Source: Pseudogymnoascus verrucosus
Lineage: Eukaryota
Assembly: GCA_001662655.1 (NCBI GenBank)
Contig: KV460255.1
DNA length: 54,780 nt
Strand: one strand, 5' to 3'
The notes under the pieces were generated by a model, which had not been told where the DNA came from, made no database searches, and worked only from the letters and a program-made list of their open reading frames with translations. A program made the translations under genes and the position numbers. Positions 22,864-34,953 of this stretch are shown here, piece by piece. Each line of letters starts with the position of its first letter. Position 1 is the first letter of the stretch.

Positions 22864-24492
22864 CTACACAAAATTCGACGCATCAAAAGTGCGCGGGCCT
22901 TTCGTATAGATCCCCAACAACTCCTCCTGGAAGTCATCGAGTTCCACTATCGTGAACTGCCCCGCCCACTTCTTTGCAAATGCCTTGTCGCGGTAGGCGT
23001 AGCTTATACTACGCTTCCAAGCGACGAGCTCAACTTTCCATCCCCGCTCAAGAGCCCTTTCGACGTTCCTGAGAAAGCCAGAGGAGTACTCCGCCACGGC
23101 GGCGTCTCCAGTGGCGACGACCATTGTGGAAGGATAATCCGTATCAACCATGCTTTCCAGCATCTTCATATGGAGAATCTCGTCCACGCCTTGCTCAGTA
23201 ACCGTTTTAAAGGCGTTGAGAGGAGCCTCGCCGCCGCTACCGGAAGACGTGTTGTTTCCATTGGCTCTTCCTAGCCGCTTATATTTTTCAATATCCGACT
23301 CTTTCGCCTCCTTGAACTTCTCCACGCGCTCGAGCGCTGAAACTTCATAGCCGCACTGGGCTGCTTCGTACATGTAATCCAATCGCACGTTATCGCGACT
23401 GGACCCCACCAGAACCCGTTTCGCGACACCTCGACCACGTTCCATGATCAAGGCCAGCGAATGGTATGCCAGTGGTGGTAATTTCGTAAATTCATTTTTG
23501 TCCATTCCCCGTGCTCTTTTGAGCGCCTCTGCAAATCCGATGGCGATGTTGGAGCTATCAACGAACACATGGATGCCATCTGGACGTTCATTGCCGCCAA
23601 CATGGCCCATAGCGCGGATAAGGTCGCCCTCAATCGTACTCGATGTTGGCCCGAATCTTAGCATGAGCTTTTCAGCAATTCTAAGCTTCTTCGTATCATG
23701 AGACGCATAAAGCAGAGGTCTTATCACTTTGGGATCCAGCAGAATACGCGGAGTATCTGCAGGTAAGCTCTGGCGACGGCCGACTGACTTATGCGTGCTG
23801 ATTGCAGCAGCTCGTGCTGTTGAAAAATGTGTTGGTGTCGCATGGACGTCAACTATAGCTGTGGACTTCTTGGCTTTGTTAAGTATGCGCTCACTTCTCC
23901 GTACCGGCGTGGTAGGCAGGGCATCCGGCACCCATCCGAAACTTGGGAGTGGAACGGTCGAGTCCAATCTTCGGGCGGCCTTAAGCTGACGATATAGTTC
24001 GGTCGTTGACACGGAATTGTTTGGCTGCTGTTTTTCTCCGTTGGGCAGGGTGACTTTCTTCAGTTTATTTTGTGCATTATTATTCAGTCCCAGTTTTGTT
24101 TTGTAATTTTGAATATCTTCATTCGCTCCGACCGCCCTAGGCATCATGCACAAGTCAAAATATCTCGGTTCTTCGTCCGGCGGTGTGGAGGCCGCGGTAG
24201 AGTATGAGCCTACATCTTCAGACGTTTCGTCTGAAGATGATGGATGGTTTGCTTTGATGGGTATATCGATAGCCTCGGTGCCTAGGTGCTTGAAAATGGC
24301 ATCGAAATTCCCTAGACTTGGAGTGCTTCCGGTGGTGGCAACGTCTTGGTTTCTACCAGGTATGTTTGTCGAGGAGGCATTGTTCAGCCGCGGCGATGAG
24401 CCAGTGTTGTCGGACTTCACGCCCTGCAGAAGCAGTTCGATACAGGGACCGAAGTCCCAAGAAGCTATGGGCACTCCAGGATGAGGAGACAT
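22864..24492 (-). CDS. NYN (PIN-like) domain protein, putative ribonuclease
   Basis: Low-complexity N-terminal half. C-terminal 'IHVFVDSSNI', 'EQGVDEILH', 'MVVATGD', 'GWKVELVAW' match NYN-domain motifs. Confidence 0.8.
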   Translation of the reverse strand: MSPHPGVPIASWDFGPCIELLLQGVKSDNTGSSPRLNNASSTNIPGRNQDVATTGSTPSLGNFDAIFKHLGTEAIDIPIKANHPSSSDETSEDVGSYSTAASTPPDEEPRYFDLCMMPRAVGANEDIQNYKTKLGLNNNAQNKLKKVTLPNGEKQQPNNSVSTTELYRQLKAARRLDSTVPLPSFGWVPDALPTTPVRRSERILNKAKKSTAIVDVHATPTHFSTARAAAISTHKSVGRRQSLPADTPRILLDPKVIRPLLYASHDTKKLRIAEKLMLRFGPTSSTIEGDLIRAMGHVGGNERPDGIHVFVDSSNIAIGFAEALKRARGMDKNEFTKLPPLAYHSLALIMERGRGVAKRVLVGSSRDNVRLDYMYEAAQCGYEVSALERVEKFKEAKESDIEKYKRLGRANGNNTSSGSGGEAPLNAFKTVTEQGVDEILHMKMLESMVDTDYPSTMVVATGDAAVAEYSSGFLRNVERALERGWKVELVAWKRSISYAYRDKAFAKKWAGQFTIVELDDFQEELLGIYTKGPRTFDASNFV

Positions 24493-24801
24493 AAGAGGTC
24501 TTGTTTGTTTCTATGGCGAGAAGTGTCGGTTTGCGGCGGTGAGACTTGCATCCAGTAAGTATTTGGTGGCGGGTGATAGAAGGTTCCGATAGAAGGTTCC
24601 GGCAAGCATACCTTTGTTGTAGTGACCGACGGTCGGTTTCTGACATTTTACAAGTAGATTTCAGGAGATGTATATGTTGAAATGTGAAGAATGTAATGTT
24701 GGTTAACGCTGGAGAGCTGCGGTTGTCGACATGCGGGGGTTATAAGGCTCCACTGCCGCTCGCTGACTCCGCCGATTTGGGGATTGTGACTCCGAAGTTC
24801 T

Positions 24802-24810
24802 TTTGCCACT
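24802..24810 (-). promoter_or_regulatory. PACE-like Rpn4 site (AGTGGCAAA)
   Basis: TTTGCCACT, one mismatch from GGTGGCAAA, ~530 bp upstream of the RPN3 ATG. Confidence 0.35.
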
Positions 24811-25338
24811 CACTTGTCATACATCGGGGAATTCAGCGAGACAAGTGACAAGAACAAGTGAATCCCGTGATTAACAATCTAGCCAAATTGATACATTGTA
24901 GATTATCTAAATACGACATCTGATTGTTTACTTTGTAATACAATTTTCACGTGATAATTGAGTCGTGTTGTGGTTTTTGGTAGTAGAGAGAGTACTTTTG
25001 GTTGTTGGGGAACCCTTGTGACTTGTCGTCACGTCAGCAGCCTGGTCCATCTCTCTCGCTTCTGGTCGGAGCCGCCTAACTTCAAAGGCTACGAAGCTAC
25101 CTTGCCTGGCGATTACCTCAAGCATCAACGGAAGACTGTCTTAACTGAATCCCATCTGAACCCGACCAACCAACGACCACAGAACATAAACAAACACGGC
25201 CCAAGACAAGCCTTCCCGTTTGTAATCTAATTCACATCTGGAGTTCTCTCAACAACTCACAAACGACGAGCTCTCTCGCGAGACGCGCCCGAAATCCAAC
25301 GTCAACGTGCTCGACACACTCCTGACGACAACAACGAC

Positions 25339-27185
25339 ATGCCCAGCAAAACCCCTCACACAAACGGCAATGATCCAGTCGAGAATGGAACACAGGATAT
25401 CGAGATGAAAGACGATGCTCCAGCATCGAAGAAGGGCGGCAAGGGCAAGAAAGTGAACCAGGGCGACGACGAGATGACGGTCGTTGTGCCTCCATCGAAA
25501 GCTTCAAAGCTATCGGCGCCACCACCTCCAGATGCTGAAGGAGACGTGGCAATGGACGAGGAGACTGCAACAAGTGAAGTAGAGGCCGAGGTGGACCCGA
25601 TAGCTCTGACGATCTCAAGTAAGTGAAGCGTTTGTACGATGACCCCAGCCTTGAAGCTAACCATGAGCCTCATCAACAGATATCAAGAACGACTTTGCGT
25701 TATTAGAGAAGGCTGTGGCACTATTCGATGCTCGTTTCACCCTGAGAGCTCTCCGATCAATTTCTACAATCCGCAAACACCTGAGCGCCGATGTCCTTGC
25801 ACAAGTCATTACCGAGACATACCCTGCATCAAGCTCCGTAGCAAAGAACCTGCTGGCTGCTTTGAATAAGGAGAATGCTACGTTTAGTAGGCAGACATCA
25901 TCTGATATGGATGTTGATGGTGACGTCAAGGCGAAGAATGGATCGAAGAAAGAGGCCAAGGAGATCATCCCAGAGATCGATGTGTTCCTGGGTATTCTGG
26001 TTCAGGTCCTGTTTGCAGACCAGAAGGAGACCCAGAAGGGAGCGAAATTCTCTTCTCAGCTGGCCGAGCAAATACACACTCTCAACCGTCGCACACTGGA
26101 TTCGTTAGCTGCTCGGGCTTACTTCTACTTCTCGCTGTTTGCCGAACAGCTGCAGCCGCTACCACCGTCGCCGAACTCGCCAGTCGTATCTCTCCGCCCA
26201 GCTCTTCTCGCAGCTCTTCGAACTGCTGTTCTCAGAAAGGATATCGACACACAAGCTACGGTCATCGTTCTTCTGCTCCGCAACTACCTTTCAACGTCGC
26301 ACATCACTCAAGCCGATCTCTTGGTATCCCACACGAAATTCCCCGAAAACGCATCGAACAACCAGGTTGCGAGATATCTATACTATCTGGGACGAATTCG
26401 CGCGATTCAGCTCCGTTATACTGAGGCACACGAGCACCTGACGGCTGCAACCCGCAAGGCCCCATCGAGTCCAAGCGCAGCTGGTTTCACCCAAACTGCA
26501 ACAAAGCTCCTTCTTGTCGTGGAGTTACTCATGGGAGATATTCCAGAGAGAGCTACCTTCAGCATGGCAAGCCTCGAGAGGGCCCTTGCTCCATACTTAT
26601 TACTCGTACAAGCCGTCCGTGTTGGCAACCTCGTTGATTTCGAGAGCTCGATCAAGCAACATAGCGATACTTTCCGACGTGACGGCACATATACATTGAT
26701 TCTTAGACTCAGACAGAATGTTATCAAGACAGGAATTCGCATGATGTCTCTGTCGTACTCGCGCATTTCTCTCCGCGACATCTGCATTCGCCTTCATTTG
26801 GGAAGCGAGGAGTCGGCCGAGTACATCGTTGCTAAGGCCATTAGGGATGGTGTTATAGAAGCTACACTGGACCGCGAGAGAGGTTTCATGAAGAGCAAGG
26901 AGATTGGCGATGTTTACGCAACAAGGGAACCTGGGGAGGCTTTCCATGACCGTATTCGTGCGTGCCTTGCCCTTCACGACGAGAGTATCAAGGTACGGCT
27001 ATTTCCCTTCAATATCGATGACCATTTACTGACAATAATAGGCAATGCGCTTCCCAATGAACCAGCATAGGCTCGAGCTGAAGAACGCACAAGAGGCACG
27101 CGAGCGCGAGCGCGAGATGGCAAAGGAGATCCAAGACGGAGATTTGGACGAGGACGATCTGGGTGGTGAGTTTGAGGGCATGTAA
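25339..27185 (+). CDS. RPN3: 26S proteasome lid subunit Rpn3
   Basis: Exons 25339-25618, 25680-26992, 27042-27185. 'NNQVARYLYYLGRIRAIQLRY', PCI domain 'LRLRQNVIKTGIR...SAEYIVAKAIRDGVI', C-terminal 'AMRFP'. Confidence 0.96.
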
Positions 27186-27929
27186 GATGGTTTATTTTGG
27201 GCGGGGAAGGGAAAGGCGATGGATGTACGATGGGTCGAACGGTTTTCGGGAACAACGCGCACAGCGAGGACGAGGATAATTACACTTCATCAACCTGTAT
27301 TGTCTTGCTATTCAATCCGGCCGGATAGGAGGGGTGATCGAGGATAGTTATAGAGGCGTCACTCCCAACCGGCACTTTTAGTTTCATGCATACCGCGTCG
27401 TGTTGGCGCGAAGGAGTGTAGTAATGGATTTAGAGCTTTCCCTTCGATAATCATTGTATTTTGCTTCCAAAGATCTACATAATCTTGCACGCAGCCTTGT
27501 GAGAAAGTGTGTCATTCGTCAAGCATCATTGAGGAAAGGCGATAAGCATGATGCTTCAGTTTGTATATTCACAGTCTGATATAAAAGAATCTTTTCTAGA
27601 ACCGTTCTATGCCAATTGATATCAATGGCATGTTAACTCGTTCAAAACAAACAAGGCTGAACCCTCACATAACAGCCTTGCGCGCCAGAAACAAAATGTA
27701 CCTCACCAAATACCAACAGGTACGCGACTGCCCCATTACCTGTCAGGGTCCAAACAGTCCCTCAATCGCGCAGCGACTTCCCCAGAGAGGAGAAAGCATA
27801 CCTAACTGCCCTCCCAAATAAATGACTCCCCCCATAACCCACCTTTCCACTTACCGCGACATCGTCGCTCACAAGAACCCCAAATCTCATCTCATGTAGC
27901 ACGATTCCCTACCACCCTGGCCCACAAAT

Positions 27930-29281
27930 ATGGCGCCGATAAAACGTAAACGCGGCGGCACCGCTCCGCCGCCCGCACCAAGAACCACCCGCAGTGTGAC
28001 GGCGGCGAATGCGACTACAACGGGAACGGCGGGGGCGCAAAATGCGACGGCAACGACGGAGCCTGACAAACCTGCGAAACCAGTGAGGGAGAAGCGTAAG
28101 GAGCAGCCTGCATATGTGTCATCGTCAGCCTCGGCCCCGTCACCGATACCGCTGAAGCCAGAGAGGAGAAGCAGAAAGACGAGAGCTATGCCGACTGCGA
28201 CGGCTAGGCGCGCGGTGTCGCTCACACCATCGCTGAGCTCGTCGACGTCGAAACCTTCAGCTGCGGCTGCGCCGACGCTGGAGAGGAATGTGGATAATGT
28301 TGTGCTGGGCGATATACTATTTAGGGCGTGGTATCCGAGTCGCCATGTTAAGGAGATAGTGGGGAGGGAGGTGGTGGAGGAGAAGGAGATGCTGGAGCGG
28401 CTTTATGTGTGTAAGCATTGCTTCAAGTATAGCAAGGAGTTGATGGGATGGGTTGGGCATGGAAAGGCGTGTGAGAGGAGGAGAGGGGGGCCGGCGCCAA
28501 TGATACCAGGGAGGAAGATATACAGTCATGGGAACAGTGGGTGGAGTGTCTGGGAGGTGGATGGGGAAGTCGATTCTGTGGGTGCTCCTGTTACGGCTGT
28601 TTTGGGGAGAATTGAGCTGACTTTGAACTATAGTTATATTGTCAAAATCTGTGCCTATTTGCGAAGCTATTCCTCGATAACAAGTCCGTCTTCTTCGATG
28701 TTACCGGGTTCACCTACCTGCTGCTCGTGCACGCGAACCCTACGACACACGAAGAGCAAGTCATCGGGTTCTTTAGCAAGGAGAAGATGTCGTGGGATAA
28801 CAACAATCTCGCCTGCATCCTCGTGTTCCCGCCATGGCAGCACAAAGGTCTCGGCTCCCTACTGATCGCTGTATCCTACGAGATCTCACGACGCGAGAAA
28901 ATCATAGGCGGCCCCGAGAAACCCATCTCTGACCTGGGAAAGATGAGTTACATCAAATACTGGAGCGGCGAAGTAGCCCGCTACCTCCTGGACGTAGGAG
29001 ACATGGAGAAGAAGAAAACCAAGGTAGTGAGCTTGGATGATATTAGTGCGGGTACATGGATTTGCGTAGAAGATTGCCTCACGGCGCTGAAGCATATGAA
29101 CATCGCTGTTGCGGCTGCGAGGGGGAAGGGAGATGTGCAGAAAGTCAAGATCGACAAGCAGCAACTCAGGGAGTGGATGACGGCTAGTAAAACTGGTCTG
29201 GGACCGATAATTGATCCTGATGGGTTTGTGGCGGGGTACGGGTATAGGGAAAGCAGTACGGATGAGGAGATGGGAGATTGA
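27930..29281 (+). CDS. SAS2: MYST-family histone acetyltransferase, Sas2-like
   Basis: Exons 27930-28577 and 28634-29281. C2HC finger 'YVCKHCFKY...H...C', 'LYCQNLCLFAKLFLDNKSVFFDV', 'NNLACILVFPPWQHKGLG', 'GGPEKPISDLG'. Confidence 0.88.
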
Positions 29282-29905
29282 AAGAGAGGATGATTATGGA
29301 TTCGATATGACAGTGATCACGGCAGTCATCGTCTTGCCTACGAGTTGGCTCATCATAGCCAGACGCCAGACGATGGAGGAACTCGGTTCGAGACGGGGTG
29401 TGGGAGAGCGTCTGAACAAACGAGGCTTCGGGTATTCCGAGACTGGAATATAAGAAGTATAGACTCCTGCGGTCTTGGGAGAAGGTTTGGTAGTGCCGGT
29501 CAGCTCAGACTACTGAACTCTTATGTGAGGCACATAAAGCCCACACACATAGCATTGGACAACAGCTATTTGCAAATAGAGAGATACCAACCAATTGAAT
29601 ATATCACAACATGTTGCACATGTTATTCCCCGCGTCAACCCTGTGTCCGCCCCGCCTGCACATCTCTTTCCCCTTCCCAGCCGCAACAGCGATATCCATA
29701 TGCTTCAGTGCCGCCTGCAAGTGCCGTCAGGTAATCCTGGCCACCTATCTATGGGCCCATATTAATCGCATTAAGATCTGCCCATAACGGACCGCCGCGC
29801 CGCAAGGGCGGTACAAAGTCCCGTATGTGAGTATCCGCTTATGGCGGCGCATCCTTAAACGGCATCATTTTCGTCGAGCACCCATCAGGTCAAGGCTTGA
29901 ATGGG

Positions 29906-29977
29906 GTTGCGGCTAATTCAGTGGCGGTTAATTCAGTGGCGGTTAATTCAACGACGGCAGTTCAACTACGGTTAATT
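29906..29977 (+). promoter_or_regulatory. ~15-bp tandem repeat carrying four CGGNTAAW (XlnR-type) sites
   Basis: Units GTTGCGGCTAATTCA / GTGGCGGTTAATTCA x2 / ACGACGGCAGTTCA / ACTACGGTTAATT. CGGNTAAT at 29910, 29925, 29940, 29969, ~400-470 bp upstream of the oxidase ATG. Confidence 0.55.
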
Positions 29978-30375
29978 TGGAATAGTATTATAGTAGTTGG
30001 AACCCCGGTGGGGTTTAAATCATGGAACTAATGCCAGAAACTATAACAATGAAACAGAATATTGCGGACTGATATATTACGAGCTGCCATCGGTGATATG
30101 TATTCATCATGCAGAAAAACACAACTCGTCGGCGATCGGCCGCGAACAGGACCTTGTACAGTGTTCATAAGAAGGGCGCGGCCTCCGTCGCCTCTGGCCA
30201 TAAGTAGGCATGCTTACTTCGACTTTCGTTCTCATATCTTTGCTGCCCTCACACGTTTCCAGCCGCTCCAGGGCCTCCTATGAAAAGTGCAAACGCGGCT
30301 ACGGCTCTGAAGACTAACAAGGCGATGTCAGTCTAGCTTTAAACTTATGGAATAATTGCCAGGTTTTTTAACATT

Positions 30376-31958
30376 ATGCGTTCATTAGCCCTGCTGTGTC
30401 TTAGTTTTGCGGTTGCGGTTGCGGTTGCACAGAGAGGCACAGAAAGAAACACGACAGCATTGGGGGATTGCCTTGAAACTGCAAAAGTCCCATTCTATGA
30501 GTCTGACGCCGATGATTGGGATGTCTACGCCTCACCTTTCAATGAGCGATTGGAGTATACACCAGCTGCCATAGCGGTGCCGACGACAACAGAGCACATC
30601 CAGCTGGCTGTCTCTTGCGGCGCAGAGCATGGTTTCAAAGTGACTCCGAAGGCAGGCGGCCATTCATATGCATCGTTGGGCCTAGGAGGAGAGGATGGGC
30701 ATCTGGTGATTCAGCTTGACCACATGTATAATGTCACACTTGATACAGAGATAAACATCGCCACTGTTGAGCCAGGAGCGAGGCTAGGTCATTTGGCTAC
30801 AGAGCTTTTTGCACAGGGGAATCGGGCTATCTCACATGGAACATGTCCTGGGTGAGTGAAGTCTAACTCCGAGCAATAACTTATGCTAATGCTTCAAAGT
30901 GTAGGAGTGTCTGGCCACGTCCTGCACGGAGGCTTCGGGATGGCATCTAACACCCATGGGCTAGCTTTGGACTGGGTGATTGGTATCACCGTCGTTCTCG
31001 CAAATTCGACTGTCGTCGAGTGCTCTGCAAACCAGCACCCGGATCTTTTCTGGGCCATGTTAGGGGCAGGTTCAAACTTCGGCATCGCTGCGTCGTACCA
31101 ATTTAAGACGTTTGAAGCTCCGGCAAATGTTACTTGGTTCAGCCCAACTGCCCTGGAACCAGAGTACTGCACAGGCAGGGCTAGAAGCCTTGGAGTCTTA
31201 CGCCAAAAACGCTATGCCGGCTGAGTTAAACATGCGCCTTGCTGGATCATCCCATTCGGCCTCCGTTGAAGGCGTGTATTATGGAGATAAGGAGGGGCTT
31301 GAAGTTGCGCTTGAGCCATTGCTGAACAAAACCGGGGGATCTATTTCTGGAGCAAAAGTTGGTGGCTGGATGGACGGAATAGAGCACTATGCTAATGCTG
31401 AAGTCGACGTTACCTACCCGTACGAAATGGTGAGTATCGCCTTCAGATTCCATTGCAGTTCTGACTGTAGTATAGCACGAAACATTCTATTCTAAAAGCC
31501 TGACATTGAAAGGGTTGAATGGAACATCTGCAAGCAACTTTGTCGACTATTGGTATGGAACAGCAAGGAACGTGACGCGGATCTGGTGGTTCCAGATTGA
31601 CATCCACGGAGGAAAAAATTCAGCCGTCTCGAAAGCAGATCCGACACTCACGTCCTATGCGCATCGAGATAAACTGTTTCTTATCCAGTTATACGACAGA
31701 TCATTCGGCACATATCCACAACTTGGATTTGAGTTTCTTGACGGATGGGTGTCGAATACTACTGCTGATATGGACCTGTCGGACTGGGGCATGTATATCA
31801 ACTATGCAGATGCTCGGATGGATCGCGCCACGGCCCAGAAGGCCTATTGGGGAGTTAACTTGCCACGACTCCAAGAGATCAAAGCGCAGGTTGATCCAAC
31901 AGAGCTCTTCTACTACCCGATCTCGATTGAGCCCGCGTTGGTGGAGGGATTTGCCTAG
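30376..31958 (+). pseudogene. Secreted FAD-linked BBE-like/AA7 oligosaccharide oxidase, frameshifted as sequenced
   Basis: Signal peptide; 'KAGGHSY' and 'HGTCPGVG' (bicovalent FAD His/Cys); 'GAGSNFGI'; BBE tail 'YINYAD...YWG.NLPRL..IK..VDP'. Introns 30852-30899 and 31430-31475. Frame changes near 31138-31142 with no usable intron. Confidence 0.8.
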
Positions 31959-32263
31959 GCTCATTAAGTTCGTAATGTTGCTATTTTATTCTTTGTATAC
32001 TATTGAATTTATAGAGCGAGACAGTGGTAGGATAGATGATACATGCATGAGATGAGTTTGAATAGGAGCAGCTCATATGAGAGTCGAGCTTTGGATTTTG
32101 TATGGAGCACTCGGGCCGCAATATGAGGTCCACTTTACGCGGGACTATCATTTTGTTATCAACTATCCATCAATCGCTACAAGTATTTGCCTCCCGACCT
32201 CTTCAAACTCTCATCTACCCCAACTAAACGACTCCATTCAATATATACATATCCAGTCTTGCA

Positions 32264-32684
32264 ATGAAGAGGGCTTTAACGCACGCATCTTCCTCTCTAA
32301 GACCACACTCCTCCATCAACGCCGTGCGCTACTATTTCTTTTCCAGCACCACATCACGTGAACAACCTGCCAAAGAACCAACCGTAAGGACATTCATCAC
32401 ACCCCTTTTCCCCCCAGCCCCGTGTCCCCCATATACTTCCAAGCACGACACTAATTTCCCTACAGGAACCAACCCAGCCGGTTAAGAGCTCGACTCCAGA
32501 ACCACCAGCAGAGCCAGTCAAGGTCAAAGTCAGGTCCAAGACGATCGCAGAGCTCGATGAGGAACTGAAGCTTAAGCTAGAGGAGATCAGTGGGGAGGGT
32601 GGAGCTGCAGGATTGGAGTATGAGAATGGGAAGGCGGTGGCGATGAAGAGGGGGGTGAAGGACAATATGTTCAGGCTGATATGA
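32264..32684 (+). CDS. Small uncharacterised, probably mitochondrial, fungal protein (112 aa)
   Basis: Exons 32264-32383 and 32466-32684 (GTAAGG...CTAAT...CAG). Presequence-like N-terminus; C-terminus 'KTIAELDEEL...SGEGGAAGLEYENGKAVAMKRGVKDNMFRLI'. Confidence 0.75.
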
Positions 32685-33131
32685 GGTGGTCTTGGTGTCT
32701 GTGCTCGAACGAGCTGATGTTCAGTGTGGTTGGGAGGATGTGTATTTTAGCTTTGGTGGTATATCAGCCCTTTGTATTTGGAATTTAATAGAGTCTTTTG
32801 GATTTGTTACTGACGTCTATTTATGGAGTATCAATACTAACCGATGGAATTTATATGCCATGTTTACATAGGGTGTGGCTTTCGTCAGGAAATTGGCATA
32901 TGCGCCACATGGCCAAGCACCCCTGTATTATTTATGGAGGTTTCCCATAACTGCAGCCTCATCTGCTTTCTGCCCTGTCCCAAACTTCGACAGAGAATAT
33001 ACTATCTTGTGCTTTTGGGTGGCTTTTCGCGTCTAATCTCGTCACTAATATGATTTCGACTTCCCGCCGCCAAAGTATGTGAGATGCCACACGGGACCTA
33101 GGTCACACATCTCAAAAGCTTCTTTGCCGCC

Positions 33132-34755
33132 ATGCCTGCCCCAGAGGGCATGTCCTTGTCGTACTTTCATTTTGCTCTTGAAACATTTTATCTATTGTGG
33201 GAGCCATCCAAGCTTTATGATACTACCAAATCTTGGAAACCAGTTCTCGGCAGGGGACAATACTTCCTTGAGATTTTTGACATCCCATTTTCCCCCAAAG
33301 AGCCTACGAGGCTCGTTCTAAAAGCCACTGGTATCGATAAAGATCATGTCCAAAGAACTTTACCGACACAAGCAGTGCATGCTGTTCTTGTATATTTTGG
33401 AGAAAATATCGATTATGATAGGGAATAATCACTTTCTAAAAGGACTTCTTTCGCTGGCTCCCCTGCGATGATATCTCAGTGGGGCATGCCGTCAAAACAA
33501 ATCCACTGGGAAACGCACTCTTATCAACTTTCACTTGAGTTGACCTTGAAAGGAGGAAATGCAGTTTGGCATGGAGGAGGTGCGGAAAAAGTTGTTAAGC
33601 CTCCTTATATTGATTCCATTTCGATTGCCGCAGGAATCATTCAACGAAGACTAAGATGTATGATTGTTTCAACAGAAGATGGTCGGACAATTTGTGAGTA
33701 CTTTCCTTCTATATGACATGCACAGTTACTAATGGTTAGTCTATATTGACGCCGAGTCGATGATACAAGACTTAGACTTGCTATTCGACCAAGGACAGCT
33801 TAAAAGACATGAATCTGAAAGGCCTTCCCCTCAAGGTGTCTATGCTTACCACAGTGACTTCTGTGAACGCCTGCGAAACTCAATTCAAGCATACTTGATT
33901 CTAGGCACGCAAGTCACTTCTGCGTCAGTCCGAATGCAGTTACTCCTCCTTGGTTATAGTCATGCTCTAGTCGAAGAGTATACCAACTTGGTTTACAGTC
34001 TCCAAGCCAAGTATGCAAGGAACAAGGAGGGTCTTTCAGACCCACGCAGATCGACGCTGACAGCTCCCATGTTGGCTGAGATCACAAGAGATATATGCCT
34101 TTACGAGGGGGTAAAGGAGCGAATCAATGAATTGTCCGGAGCGGTTGATACATTGATCGAATTGCTGAAAATACTCCTGGTGGATGCTGCCAACTATCGT
34201 GATTTCCGGTGCCTCGCCGTCGAGCTACAATCGACCTGCACAGACTTAATAAGAACTATAACCACGCTATCGACAACTCTAGAAGGTCACCTGAGACTAT
34301 TCGAAGTCTCTCGAGGCATGCACGAAGCCCAGAATGTCCGCTTGCTAAGCATTCTAGCAAGCATATTTTTACCTCTATCTCTCGCTTTTGGGGTGCTCAG
34401 CATGCAAACAAGATTCTCGGATCTCCATTATCTGCTTTATGACTTTTTCGGTGTTCTTGTATTGCTTGGGACAATTGTTGGAGTAATTCTCATTGCACTA
34501 AGATCCTACCTATGGTGGAATAGGCTGGTAGCACAACTGGATCGAAACCCGATGTTTAGAAGAAACATCAGGCCGAAGGCGCATATTATGGTTCTCGTCT
34601 TTCTCGTTCTTGGATGGGGACTCTTGCTTTCCTCATTTCTCATCGGCATGATTAAGGATGTCGGGCTAGGACTAAAGATCCTTGGCTATGGAGCCATTGC
34701 GTTCGGGGAACTGGTCTGGTTGCTCTGCTTGTTCCGGCAGGCTTTGCCTCCCTAG
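33132..34755 (+). pseudogene. CorA-like transmembrane-domain protein with premature stop
   Basis: ORFs 33132 and 33468 share a frame, separated by one TAA (33426-33428). Intron 33694-33739 joins them in frame to the 33760 ORF, which carries 'NVRLLSILASIFLPLSLAFGVLSMQ' and further TM helices. Confidence 0.7.
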
Positions 34756-34953
34756 CTTGGTTAATTTTTAAAGATTAGGAATAATGAATCCAGATAATAC
34801 AGGAAGAGTAAATATACAAATGCTACACTAGCCGAAGCCTCAAAGCCTCAAAGCTATAAAATACAAAAGGAAATCTAAGTAAATAGAGTCGTGTCACACC
34901 ATCCTAACCCAGGGCCCAAAAAGACCCCACTCTGGGTCTTTATACAAAGCTCA

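Noticed and set aside
32264..32684. Sdh8/SDHAF4 assignment
   Set aside because: Lacks the 'GP...EP.RYGDW...GR..DF' motif of that family.
33426..33428. A-to-I stop-codon editing or readthrough rescuing the CorA-like gene
   Set aside because: The stop is TAA, which would need two edits to read Trp, and the context is not a readthrough motif; simple mutation is more parsimonious.
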